In this document: positions 31,915 to 41,743 of the stretch, in pieces | Layout of the letters: each line of letters opens with the position of its first letter | Numbering within the stretch: position 1 is the first letter of the stretch | Assembly: GCA_963845325.1 (NCBI GenBank) | Contig: CAWJRT010000001.1 | Location: 128,486 to 192,485, forward strand | Length of the DNA: 64,000 bases | Source: an uncultured Spirochaetota bacterium | GTDB taxonomy: Bacteria > Spirochaetota > Spirochaetia > SZUA-6 > Fen-1364 | Direction: 5' to 3' | The notes under the pieces: model-generated | What the model saw: the letters and a program-made list of their open reading frames with translations, nothing else | Told to the model about the DNA's origin: nothing | The model's database searches: none | Program-made: the position numbers and the translations under genes

Positions 31915-33616
31915 TCAGGTCCTCTTCCGCCCGCCGTCTCCGCGTGCTCCGTCTCTCCGCGTGCCGAAGCCCTGCCGCGGCGGCGTTGGCCGCGCCCGGT
32001 ATCCGCCTTCGCCGCCTCCGCTCTCCTTGGCCACTCGCATGCGCGGAACTCCCTGGGACCCGCGCGATTCACGGATGATCCGCTCGGCAGCGTCGAAGGG
32101 CACAGTCACGAGAGAAAAGGCATCGAACACCTGTATGCCGTCGATGAGCCGGTCGGGCAGACCCGAGACGCGGCGGATCATGGCTGCCAGGCCCTTGCGG
32201 TCGATCCCGCTCTTTCGGCCTGCAGAAACGAACAGGCGGGTCTGCCCGGTCTGGTCGACCAGGCGGTCGGGGCGCTCATCCGGCTCCACCTCCGGTATCT
32301 TGTTGTAGCGCTCAGGGTCCAGCGTACCCGCGAAAGCCAGGGAGAGGCAGGAGGCAAGGGCAATCCGCGGCTCGGTGGTGGCCAGGATTTCGTCAGCCAG
32401 TGTGACCCAGGGGGAGCCCTCGGCCCCGACACCCTCGGCAACGGTGTTCACCCGCGTGATCGCCCGTGCGCGGCGGGCGTCAATGACGTCGCTCACCTTC
32501 GGCACGGAGCCTTTCCTTATTTTCGCGCCCGCACCTTCCCGCATCCGTGTCAGCTTGCGGTACTCGGACGGTGTGACAAAGGTGATCGCCGTGCCTTCGT
32601 TTCCCGCCCGTCCCGTCCGACCGATGCGGTGCATGTAGGCCTGCGAGTCCTGGGGCAGGGACCAGTTCACGACGTGCGTGAGCCCTTCCACGTCGATGCC
32701 GCGGGCTGCAACGTCTGTTGCCACGAGAATGCGGGCCTTGCCGGAGCGGAACCGCGCCATGACCCGGTCCCGGTGCTCCTGCGCGTAGTCCCCGTGGAGC
32801 GTTTCAACCGGATATCCGCGTTCTTCCAGGGACTGGCCGATGCGGTCGGCGTCCACCCGTGTTCGGGCAAATACCAGGCCGTAGAAGTCCTCCTCCCTGT
32901 CGACGATCCGGGTAAAGGCTTCCATCTTGTCCTGCTCGCGAACCTCCAGCCAGATCTGCTCGGTGAGCTCCGTGGGCGCTGTCCTGGGGTGGTCTTCTAT
33001 GGTCTTGAAGTCGCGCAGGCGCTTTCGGGCAACCCGCATGACCGCTTCCGGCATCGATGCGGAGAACATGAGGACGCGCCGCTCGGGGTTGACCGCCTCG
33101 AAGATGGAATCGATTTCTTCCGTGAAGCCCATGTCGAGCATTTCGTCGGCTTCGTCGAGCACGAGGACCTCGACGCCGGAGAGATCAAGCCTGCCGCGCT
33201 GGATCATGTCGAGGACCCGGCCGGGCGTGCCCACAACAATATCGACGCCGCGCTCCAGCGATCGGAGCTGTACGCTGATGGCCTGCCCACCGTACACGGC
33301 AACGGTCCGGGGGTGCGTGCCATGGCGGAGGGAGACGATCTCCGCGTGGACCTGGATTGCGAGCTCCCGGGTGGGAACAAGGACCAGGGCCCGCACGTGA
33401 GATCCCGGGCTCGCCCAGGCGCTCCACGAGCGGAATGCCGAACGCCGCCGTCTTCCCGGTGCCTGTGCGGGCTCGTGCAACAAGATCGCCCTTTCCGCCC
33501 AGAAGGAGAGGGATCGCAAGAGTCTGGATCGGGGTTGGCTCTTCAAATCCCCTCTTCTTCAGCACGGCCAGCATTTTTTCACTGAGCCCGAATGAGTCGA
33601 AACCGAGAGTTGTCAT
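31915..33616 (-). pseudogene. deaD: DEAD-box ATP-dependent RNA helicase (DeaD/CsdA-like with a DbpA-type C-terminal RNA-binding domain and an RG-rich tail); frame break near 33400
   Basis: The N-terminus MTTLGFDSFGLSEKMLAVLKKRGFEEPTPIQ..ARTGTGKTAAF is in ORF 33185-33775. PTRELA, DEADEMLDMGF, VATDVAARGID and HRIGRTGRAG are in ORF 31915-33546. Confidence 0.85.
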
Positions 33617-33682
33617 GGTCTTCCTTGTGCGGCCGCGGGAGCAATGGCGGCAGGGTGTGAAAGGCAGGTCTGGTCGCGTCGT

Positions 33683-33856
33683 ATGATGAACCCATCCTAC
33701 CAGAAAGCGGCACGCATTCCTATTGTCCGGAATGCGCGTGTGACCGTGGCCAGGACACTCCTGCTCCAGCCGCACGGAGACTGGCGCGTGATCCAGGGAA
33801 AGCGCCTGGAGCGCGAGTATCGTTTCAGGAGCTTCCGCGGTGCCCTGGCCTTCGTC
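33683..33856 (+). pseudogene. Pterin-4a-carbinolamine dehydratase (PCD/DCoH) N-terminal remnant
   Basis: LLLQPHGDWRVIQGKRLEREYRFRSFRGALAFV matches the PCD core W..L.R.F.F..F..A..F, and a CPEC motif lies just upstream in another frame. The HHP active-site half is absent. Confidence 0.35.
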
Positions 33857-33924
33857 TGGGGATATCTCCGCGTCTCACTCTTCACTCGCGCGATAGCAGG
33901 TCTGCACGAGAATGCGCTGTCCCC

Positions 33925-34712
33925 ATGGCTCCCAGCCTTGGCCTGGCTGCCTCATTCGCTGTTTTCGGTGGTGGCGCTGGGATCACAAACCAGGGAACTT
34001 CTACCGCGATCACGGGTGACCTGGGCACCACGGGTGCTTCCACGATGATCACTGGATTTCACAGCTCGCTGTTCAGCTACGCCGAAACGCCCCTGAATAT
34101 CGGAGCGGTCAGCGGCAACGTCTACACCAACGCCCCCCAGGGCACCGTGGCGGACTTTGCCCACGCAACGGCGGCGGCGGCTGACGCCTTGACGGCGTTC
34201 AACGACCTGGCTTCACGTCCCGACGGTACCGATCCTGGTGCGGGCCAGCTCGGCGGGCTGACGCTCCTCCCGGGTGTATACAAGTCGGCTTCGGGTGCAT
34301 TCCTGACGGCAGGGCGCTGGGGCTGTTCGCGGCGGTCACCATGGTGAACACCGTCATCAACGTCAACGGAACGGCGGTCGCGGTTGTCCCGCCCGTGGTG
34401 GTGCCCAGCATCACCGTGACGGGAAGCGCAGCGGCTGACGTGGTCCCTGTGGCCGGCAACGGCTTCATCAACATCCAGAACAACGGCGGCCATGTGGTGG
34501 CCACCGAAGTCGGAACGGGAACAATCGCGATCGTCAATAACGGCGGAGTGCTGACCGCCACCAACACAGGAAACGCTGTCATGACGATCAACAGCACAGC
34601 AACTGGCGCTGTAACGGTTACCAACACGGGAAATGGACGCATCACCGTGAATGCAACCGGTGCGGCCGCGGTTACGATCACCCACACCGGCGATGAGGAC
34701 GTGACCTACTAG
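33925..34712 (+). pseudogene. DUF3494 ice-binding-like protein remnant. It has no signal peptide and the central beta-helix is deleted with a frame change near 34305. The C-terminal extension is Thr/Asn/Gly/Val-rich and repetitive.
   Basis: LGLAASFAVFGGGAGITNQGTSTAITGDLG..ITGF..AFNDLA..LGGLTLLPGVYKSAS aligns to the N-terminal third of IBPs. GRALGLFAAVTMVNTVIN, in the next frame, aligns to the IBP C-terminal GRxxAxxAVTLxxNTV. About 100 aa are missing between them. Confidence 0.6.
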
Positions 34713-34739
34713 CACCAGCCTCAACGGCAATTGACTCGG

Positions 34740-34778
34740 GGCGAGCTGGGAAAAAACTCCAGCCCGCCACCTTTTTTT
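34740..34778 (+). terminator. Rho-independent terminator
   Basis: GGCGAGCTGG-gaaaaaact-CCAGCCCGCC is a 10-bp stem with 1 mismatch. It is followed by acc and a T7 run at 34772-34778. Confidence 0.65.
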
Positions 34779-34798
34779 GCCCTGCCGTGCTTCCCCCC

Positions 34799-36220
34799 TC
34801 AGGACTTCTTTGCCCTGGATCCACCTCGGCTCGCTGATCCGGGTTTTTTCCGCGGCGTCACAGCGGGTTTTCCCGCAGTCTTGGGGGCGGCCGCGCGGGC
34901 AGGCTGCAGGGCCGCTGAGCGCGTGGCCGCACTGACCGCCGCGGCATTCTTTGGCGCATTGGACAGCAGGAACGAGAGCACCAGGCCGACAACGGCAAAT
35001 CCGCCCGCCACGATGAACGACCACCGCGAGGCGGAGGACGGGTCCATCCTGTCCTGGAAGGCGGCAAAAATCTGCGGCCCGACGACACCGGCCGCCGCCC
35101 ACGCCGTGAGTACCACGCCATACACCGCGGACATCAGCCCTGCGCCGAAGGTATCGCAGATGAATGACGGCATCGTCCCAAACCCGCCCCCGTAGCAGAG
35201 CAGGACCCAGCACACCAGGACGGCGAACACCCAGGGGTTGCCGGTGAAGACGAGGAGCGCGAAAACCAGGATCTGGGAACCGAGCATTATCCGGAAGGCC
35301 TGCGCCCTGCCGATCCGGTCAGAGACGGCTCCCCAGAGGAACCGGCCCGCGCCGTTGAACAACGAACTGACGGCGACCAGCGTTGCGCCGAGGCCGGCAA
35401 GGACCACGGGCGTCAGGGCCGGGTTCACTTTCTTCCACAGGTCCTGGCACAGCGGCGACTGGAAGCTGATGATGGCGATCCCCGCCGTGATGTTGCAGAA
35501 GAACACCAGCCAGAGGAGGAGGAACTTGCCAGAGAAAACCGCGCGCACGACGGGCGGGCCGGACTCGTCGGGACAGGCGCCCTTTGCCGCGACTCGAAAC
35601 CCCTGCGGCAGCCATCCGTCCGGGGGCTTTCGCATGAAGGTGGCCGAAGCGAGGCCGAGCACGAGGAAGACACCGCTGAGGAGAAGGAACACTTGAACGA
35701 GGTTCCTGCCCGTGAGCCCGAGGAACAGCGGCGCGAGCAGCTTGCTCATGAACAGGGCGCCCAGTCCGAAGCCCATGACAACCATGCCGGTTGCCAGCCC
35801 GCGCTTGTCGGGGAACCACTTCGAGACCGTTGCAACGGGGGTGACGTACGCAAGTCCCAGCCCGATGCCGCCAATCACGCCGTACCCCGCGTAGAGAAGG
35901 AGAAGGGACTTGATGCTGAACGCCAGCGCCGCCACTGCGTAGCCCGCGGCAAAAAGAGTGGCTCCCGCCATCGCCATGTTCCGGGGATTCCGCCGGGAAA
36001 GCTGCGAGCCGCCCCACGCTGCCGTGACGCCGAGAAAGAAAATTGCGAGGGAAAAGATCCAGGCGACCTGGGAGTTGGACCAGCCGAAAACGTCCTTGAA
36101 CTCACGGACAAGCAGGCCTTGGAAGAAGCTCCACGCGTAAACGGTCCCCAGGCACAACATCAAGACCGTTCCCATCGCGGCGATCAGCCAGCGCGAACCA
36201 ATATTCTCGTTGGTTTCCAT
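34799..36220 (-). CDS. MFS transporter, oxalate/formate antiporter (OFA) family-like, with a roughly 50-aa Ala/Pro/Lys-rich C-terminal tail
   Basis: Intact 473-aa ORF. Recognised from WLIAAMGTVLMLCLGTVYAWSFF and VSKWFPDKRGLATGMVVMGFGLG, with 12 predicted TM helices. GAGGTGG lies before the ATG. Confidence 0.8.
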   Translation of the reverse strand: METNENIGSRWLIAAMGTVLMLCLGTVYAWSFFQGLLVREFKDVFGWSNSQVAWIFSLAIFFLGVTAAWGGSQLSRRNPRNMAMAGATLFAAGYAVAALAFSIKSLLLLYAGYGVIGGIGLGLAYVTPVATVSKWFPDKRGLATGMVVMGFGLGALFMSKLLAPLFLGLTGRNLVQVFLLLSGVFLVLGLASATFMRKPPDGWLPQGFRVAAKGACPDESGPPVVRAVFSGKFLLLWLVFFCNITAGIAIISFQSPLCQDLWKKVNPALTPVVLAGLGATLVAVSSLFNGAGRFLWGAVSDRIGRAQAFRIMLGSQILVFALLVFTGNPWVFAVLVCWVLLCYGGGFGTMPSFICDTFGAGLMSAVYGVVLTAWAAAGVVGPQIFAAFQDRMDPSSASRWSFIVAGGFAVVGLVLSFLLSNAPKNAAAVSAATRSAALQPARAAAPKTAGKPAVTPRKKPGSASRGGSRAKKS

Positions 36221-36248
36221 AGCACCACCTCTGTCAGGGATCAGGAAT

Positions 36249-36260
36249 CTGATATATCAG
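36249..36260. promoter_or_regulatory. Perfect 12-bp palindrome CTGATATATCAG flanked by ATCAGGAAT direct repeats, in the MFS 5' region
   Basis: The palindrome is at 36249-36260. ATCAGGAAT occurs at 36240-36248 and 36256-36264. The site lies 29-40 nt upstream of the MFS start on the minus strand. Confidence 0.35.
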
Positions 36261-36317
36261 GAATAAGGGATGATGTCAACGTGAAACGGGCGGGGCCAAC
36301 ACCGCTGCACACAGTCG

Positions 36318-36353
36318 ATGAAACCGCTGAAAAGGACGTTTCAGTGGTTTCAT
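36318..36353. promoter_or_regulatory. 36-bp near-perfect palindrome (15-bp arms, 6-nt centre) between GH3 and the MFS transporter
   Basis: ATGAAACCGCTGAAA-aggacg-TTTCAGTGGTTTCAT has one arm mismatch. No U-tract follows on either strand. Both strands therefore yield mirror ORF starts MKPLKR.FQ.FH. Confidence 0.4.
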
Positions 36354-36420
36354 GCCTGTTGCTGGACCCGCGTGGCTTTCCTTGTCCCTCAGCCGATCGT
36401 GAGCCGTCCGCAAGCAGCGC

Positions 36421-37705
36421 TCAGCGGGGAAGCGCCGCGGCCTCCAGGCCGGGCAGAAGCCGGGCAAGAGCTGCCGGATCGAATCGGAACGAGGCAAGGT
36501 CGGCGTCGTCAGGGGGAAGGAGGGCGATCACCCTCTGGATGGCCGCCGGCGGGACGTCCACAACGCGGCGGAGGGACTCCCTCCGCGCTTCCTTCCAGCG
36601 CGCGATCCTCGCGGCGGTTTCCTCGATGCGCGCGCGAAGCGCGGCCCCCTGGCGGGAATCACCGCACGCCGCGGCGAGGAGTCCCTCGAAGACGCGCACG
36701 GTCTGCGCAGCCGAGCCTTCAACGATCACCATGTCGTGCCCCGCGAGGATCGCGCGCGCGGCCCACGCGGCAGCCTCGTCCAGCCCGGCAAACCCCGCAT
36801 ACGGGATCCCTCCGGCGAAGGGGACCGCGGTTGGCGTAATTCTTCAACATGAGAAGGCCGTCGGACATGAGGGGGCCTTCGAATCCCGTGCGGTCCCGCA
36901 GGAGCGCGTTCCAAACGGGTGAAAAAGTGACGAGCGCGCGGTCTACGGAGGAATCCAGGAGGTGGGTCGTCATGATGATGTCCGCATCTCCGGCCAGGTC
37001 ACGGAACACGGCGAACCGCTTTTCTGCCTCTTCGAGGGGCACCTTCGTGTCGGGGGATTCCCTGTGGAGGTTCGCTCCCGACGGGAGGTAGGGGAAGTGC
37101 TTGAGCACGACCTGCAGCCCGTAGTTCCTCATCTCGTCGGCGGCCACCCGGGCCCGGTCCTCCGTGCGTGGATCCCCGGTGCTCGTGTCCACGGTGGGCC
37201 CCAGGGCAACGTTGATTCCGAGTGCGGCAAACGTGAAGGCGTTCAGCCTGGCAAGCGTCTGGAACTGGAGGTCCGGCATTTTGCGGAACTTTCCCAGGAA
37301 TCCTCCGACGTACCCGTCCCCGAAGGAGCCGATCCGGGCCGTCCCGCGCAGCTTTACAATATCGGAACAGATGAGCAGCGGAAGCTCCGTAAGCTCCTCG
37401 AGGGACCGGTTGGTGCGGCGGATCCTCTCGTAACTCGTGCTTCCATAGTGCGGGATGACGCCCCCGATCTGCAGGCGCCGGACCAGGGAAGCGAATCCCG
37501 GCTCAAGGGCCAGCGGGCCCGTGTACCCGAAGCCGTCAACGTTGACCACGAGGAGCTGCCCGATTCCCGCCTCAAGCTCCCGGGCTTCTTCCCGCGTGAC
37601 AGCCAGCTTCCCGCTGGCCGCAAGGGAATCGATGGACAGCGGCTGGGACGCGCAGGGCCATGTACCGAGAAAGAATAGGGCCGGGAGCAGGAAAAGACGG
37701 ACCAC
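36421..37705 (-). pseudogene. Glycoside hydrolase family 3 (NagZ-like beta-N-acetylhexosaminidase), secreted; frame break near 36830
   Basis: The signal peptide is MVRLFLLPALFFLGTWPCASQ. Recognised from LGINVALGPTVD and LKHFPYLPSG. The C-terminus DEAAAWAARAILAGHDMVIV.. lies in ORF 36421-36732. Confidence 0.7.
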
Positions 37706-37712
37706 GGAACGC

Positions 37713-38859
37713 CTATAGCCCGGGCGGCTTGAGGGGCAACATCAGCGAAAAAGTCGTTCCGGATTCCGGGCTCGTGCTGAAGGAGATCCGGCCGCCAAGA
37801 TACTCCTCGGCCAGCAGCCTCATGCCCCATGTCCCTAGACCCCGGCCTTCTCCTTTGGTGGAGAAATACCGCCGGAAGACCTGCACCTGGACGGCCCGGT
37901 CCATGAACGAAGCGTTGTGCACCGAAAGGAGGATCTCAGACTCGCCGTGCCTTCGAAAACCAATGGTGACCACCGTCCCTTCGGGAGACGCTTCAAGTGC
38001 GTTCTTGAGCATGTTGCCGAGGATCCTTTTCACCAGGGCATCATCCGATACGAATGTGAACTGCTCGGAGAACGGGGCAAGGGCAACGGTGCGTCCGCGC
38101 GCTGTTTCCAGGCCTTCCGCCTGCCGCGCCACCTGGGCGGCCAGCGCGTGGGATTCGATGAGGTTCCTCTGCGCCCGCAGGGTGCCGTTTTCCGCTGAGA
38201 GCATGAGCTTCTGTCCCTGGATTTCCTCCTCCAGCGTGTCGCAGACGGCGGACAAGCGCTCCAGGAGGCTCTGCCCGGCGCTCGCGGGATGTACCGCCCC
38301 GGCCCAGCAGGTCCAGGTACACGCGGAAGCTTGATGCGGTGTTCAGGATGTCGTGGAAAAAGATCCTTTCCAGGGCACCGCGCCGCTTCAGGTCGCTGAT
38401 GTCGCTGAAGCTCACCATGACGTACGTGCTGCCGGCGATCTCGAATGGAGTCGTCTTGACCATGAGGTCGTGAGCAAGGGGACGCCCGGGCGCATTGACG
38501 GTGATGTGGCATTCGCGGACCGCCGGCCGACCGGTGCTCTGTGTCTCACCGATTGCCCGCCGCGCCCCGCAGAAGCCGCATCCCTCGCCGTCACCGCACC
38601 CGTTGCGCGCGTGGATGCAGCCGAGGATTTCTCCCGGCCTGTTGCCGCAGATGTCTTCGATGCCGGATGCGCCGGCCATGTCCTGGAAGGCCCTGTTTGC
38701 GAAGATCACCGTGCGCTGGGCGTTGAGGATGGCGAGGGGGGAAGCCAGCGAATCAAGCGCACGGGGAATCTCGCCGGTCGCCTGGACCCGGCGCAGCTCG
38801 GACACTGCCGCTGCCTTGTCGATGCCTCCGTGAGAGGGAACCGATTTGTCGGTGATCAT
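37713..38859 (-). pseudogene. Cytoplasmic PAS histidine kinase with a five-Cys cluster in the PAS domain; frame break near 38290
   Basis: PAS is recognised from LASPLAILNAQRTVIFANRAFQDMAG, followed by ICGNRPGEILGCIHARNGCGDGEGCGFCG. The H-box region is FFHDILN. The HATPase domain (ILGNMLKNALEAS..GRGLGTWGMRL) is in ORF 37713-38255. Confidence 0.75.
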
Positions 38860-38950
38860 GCATCGGGAAGTCTACACGATAGGCATGAGCCGGTGAAGTA
38901 CTGTTCGACGACCGACCCGCGGGAGTATACTGCGCACCGGGGGGGGCGCC

Positions 38951-39220
38951 GTGAACTCACCGGATCTGCTGACTCAGATCTTCGGATTCCTCAGTACGAC
39001 CGCCCGCTACGTGGGGCAAGGCATCATCCGGCTGGTGCAGTACATCCTCCCATCGGTGAAGGACCTCTCCGCTCTCGCGGAACCCGTCGGGTTCCTCGCA
39101 CTGCTCACCGTGTTTGTCATCCTCACGTCCGCCGCGCGCAAGGTGGCCCTGATCATCCTCCTCTTCGGCTGGGCGCTCATCCTGATCCGGCTGCTCTTGA
39201 TGGCGTTCCGCATCGGCTGA
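38951..39220 (+). CDS. Small hypothetical membrane protein (89 aa, 2 TM)
   Basis: The ORF starts with GTG. The hydrophobic C-terminal half reads FLALLTVFVILTSAARKVALIILLFGWALILIRLLLMAF. I recognise no family. Confidence 0.45.
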   Translation: MNSPDLLTQIFGFLSTTARYVGQGIIRLVQYILPSVKDLSALAEPVGFLALLTVFVILTSAARKVALIILLFGWALILIRLLLMAFRIG

Positions 39221-39234
39221 GATACAAATCGTTT

Positions 39235-39252
39235 GACCCCGCATTGCGGGGT
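39235..39252 (+). other. Short GC hairpin between the small membrane protein gene and ahpC
   Basis: ACCCCGC-att-GCGGGGT is a 7-bp stem, and only a weak T content follows. It could be a weak terminator or a 5'-UTR element. Confidence 0.3.
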
Positions 39253-39279
39253 GAGTACTTTCAGATAAAGGAGAACTCG

Positions 39280-39879
39280 ATGGCAGTCCTCGTCGGGAAA
39301 CAGGCACCGGATTTCACCGCAACCGCGGTGCTGGGAAACAATGAAATCAAGGAGATCACACTCTCGTCTTTCACAAAGGGGAAATACTCCGTTCTCTTCT
39401 TTTATCCCTTTGACTTCACCTTCGTCTGTCCCACCGAGCTCATTGCATTCGACCATCGCCTTGAGGAGTTCAAGAAGCGGAACGTGGAGGTCATCGGTGT
39501 TTCCATCGATTCCGAGCATACACACCTCGCGTGGAAGAACACGCCCGTGGAAAAGGGCGGTATTGGACCGGTGCGCTACCCGATCGTGGCCGACGTGCGC
39601 CACCTGATTGCCCGGGCCTACGACGTGGAGTCAGCCGGTGGCCAGGCGTTCCGCGGCTCCTTCCTCATCGACAAGGGAGGCGTGGTGCGCCACCAGGTGG
39701 TCAACGACCTTCCCCTGGGCCGCAACATCGACGAGATGCTCCGCATGGTGGATGCCCTGCAGTTCAACGAGGAGCACGGTGAGGTCTGCCCCGCCGGGTG
39801 GACAAAGGGAAAGGCTGGGATGAAGGACACCGCCCAGGGAGTTGCCACGTACCTCGCGGCGCACGCCAAGGAGCTGTGA
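39280..39879 (+). CDS. ahpC: Typical 2-Cys peroxiredoxin (AhpC/Prx1)
   Basis: Intact 199 aa. It has the peroxidatic motif FYPFDFTFVCPTE and the resolving-Cys motif GEVCPAGW. AAGGAGA lies before the ATG. Confidence 0.9.
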   Translation: MAVLVGKQAPDFTATAVLGNNEIKEITLSSFTKGKYSVLFFYPFDFTFVCPTELIAFDHRLEEFKKRNVEVIGVSIDSEHTHLAWKNTPVEKGGIGPVRYPIVADVRHLIARAYDVESAGGQAFRGSFLIDKGGVVRHQVVNDLPLGRNIDEMLRMVDALQFNEEHGEVCPAGWTKGKAGMKDTAQGVATYLAAHAKEL

Positions 39880-39938
39880 TAGGCGGTCATTGACGAGCGG
39901 CCGCCCCGGTGCTTGTATTCTCTCCGGGGAGGTCGTCC

Positions 39939-40663
39939 ATGCCCTCGAAGAGGGGACCCCTGTTCCTCATGGCCGGCGGCTCGCCCCCGGCTCGCCACAC
40001 GTGGTCCTGACCCGCTGGTGCGGCTGGCCGTCCAGAGAACGGGAATCCATCGGCCGAGCGTGGCTTACATAGGGGCAGCGGCCCGCGATGACTCCCTCGT
40101 TCGCCAGCGGAATGCGGCAATGCTCGAGGAAGGCCGGCGCAGGATCGGTCACGGCGGCGGCGCTGGCTGGCAGGCGCGCCAATGTGCAGGCAGCCGCCGC
40201 GGTTATTGAATCGGCTGACCTCGTCTTCCTGTCCGGTGGTGATGTGAAGGCGGGAATGGATCTCTTGTCGGAGCGGGGGATCGTGCCGGTGCTGCGGCAG
40301 GCGCACAAGGCGGGGATCCCTTTCCTCGGGATTTCCGCCGGAAGCATCATGCTCTGCCGGGCATGGCTGAAGTGGAACGACCCTGATGATGACGAGGGAG
40401 CGGAGTTGTTTCCCTGCCTGGGCTTTGCCCGGATCTGCTGTGACACGCACGGTGAGAAAGACGGGTGGGGAGAGTTGAAGGCCATGCTGGCCCTGCAGCC
40501 CATGGGGACCGCGGGCTACGGGATCGTGTCCGGTTCTGCTCTGCTTGTCGAGCCGGACGGCTCGCTGTCCGTGCTCCGCGGCGATGTGCATGTCTTCAAG
40601 CGACGAAAAGCGGGTGTTGTGCAGGTGGAAAGCCTGGCACCCGGGCCCCGACCGGGGGCGTAA
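39939..40663 (+). pseudogene. Peptidase S51 / type-1 glutamine-amidotransferase-like (dipeptidase E-like); pieces lie in all three frames (>=2 frame changes) in the first 250 nt
   Basis: ATG at 39939 follows GGGGAGG and gives MPSKRGPLFLMAGGS. SVAYIGAAARDDS is in another frame. ADLVFLSGGDVKAGMDLL..IPFLGISAGSIML is in ORF 40088-40663. Confidence 0.65.
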
Positions 40664-40673
40664 AGGAGGTTCC

Positions 40674-41690
40674 ATGGAGTACAGGAGACTGGGGAGCGCG
40701 GGGCTGAAGCTGAGCGTGCTTTCCCTCGGTTCGTGGGTCACCTACGGCAGGCAGGTCGATGTTGACGTGGCCGCCGCGTGCATGAAAGCGGCCTGGGATG
40801 AGGGGGTGAACTTCTTCGACAACGCCGAGGCCTACGAGGCAGGTCGGTCGGAAGAGGTCATGGGGGCGGCGCTCCGCAAGCTGGGATGGCGCCGTGCGAG
40901 CTACATCGTATCCACCAAGATCTTCTTCGGCATGCACGACGGGGTCAACGAGCGCACGACCCTCAACCGCAAGAAGCTCCGCGAGGGCATCGACGGCGCG
41001 CTGAAGCGCTTCGGCCTGGACTATATCGACCTGGTCTTCTGTCATCGCCCGGATCCCGAGACGCCCGTCGAGGAGACCGTCTGGTCCATGCACATGATGG
41101 TGGAATCCGGCAAAGCGCTGTACTGGGGGACCTCCGAGTGGAATGCGGACCAGCTCATGGAAGCGTGGTCAATCGCGGAGAAGCACCACCTGCACAAGCC
41201 GCAGATGGAGCAGCCGCAGTACAACCTGTTCGTGCGGCGGCGCGTGGAAAAGGAATACGAGCGGCTGTACCCGAAGCTCGGGCTCGGGCTGACGATCTGG
41301 AGCCCGCTGGCAGCAGGGCTCCTCACGGGGAAGTACAATGCGGGTGTTCCCAAGGACTCCCGGCTTGCCCTCTCGGGCTACGAGGGGCTTCGCGCCGACC
41401 CCCTGCAGCGCGGCGTTCCGGCGGGCACCGGCGGCACCGCCTCGTTCCCTGCGTTGATCGAGGCCGTGAAGAGGCTTCAGCCCATAGCGGCTGACTGCGG
41501 CGCAACCCTTGCGCAGCTCGGGCTGGCGTGGTGCGCGCACAACCCGCACGTCAGCTCCGTCATCACCGGCGCCAGCCGTCCCGAGCAGGTGAAGGAGAAC
41601 ATGAAGGCACTCGCCGTCCTCCCGAAGCTGGCGCCCGAGGTGATCGGCCGTATCGAGGCCGCGGTGGCTGAAGTCACCGACGTGAGATAG
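40674..41690 (+). CDS. Aldo/keto reductase (Kv-beta-like subfamily)
   Basis: Intact 338 aa. Recognised from [49 protein letters not shown] and WGTSEW. Confidence 0.85.
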   Translation: MEYRRLGSAGLKLSVLSLGSWVTYGRQVDVDVAAACMKAAWDEGVNFFDNAEAYEAGRSEEVMGAALRKLGWRRASYIVSTKIFFGMHDGVNERTTLNRKKLREGIDGALKRFGLDYIDLVFCHRPDPETPVEETVWSMHMMVESGKALYWGTSEWNADQLMEAWSIAEKHHLHKPQMEQPQYNLFVRRRVEKEYERLYPKLGLGLTIWSPLAAGLLTGKYNAGVPKDSRLALSGYEGLRADPLQRGVPAGTGGTASFPALIEAVKRLQPIAADCGATLAQLGLAWCAHNPHVSSVITGASRPEQVKENMKALAVLPKLAPEVIGRIEAAVAEVTDVR

Positions 41691-41711
41691 CCCGCGCGGT
41701 ACAGGCTCCCA

Positions 41712-41743
41712 GGCTGAAATGGTCCGCGGCAGCTATTTCAGCC
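41712..41743. terminator. Hairpin between the convergent AKR and hydrolase genes
   Basis: GGCTGAAAT-N14-ATTTCAGCC has perfect 9-bp arms. The right arm overlaps the hydrolase stop and last codons. There is no clear U-tract. Confidence 0.3.

Noticed and set aside
31861-33585. 574-aa plus-strand ORF
   Set aside because: It is antisense to the DEAD-box helicase, whose motifs are unambiguous on the minus strand.
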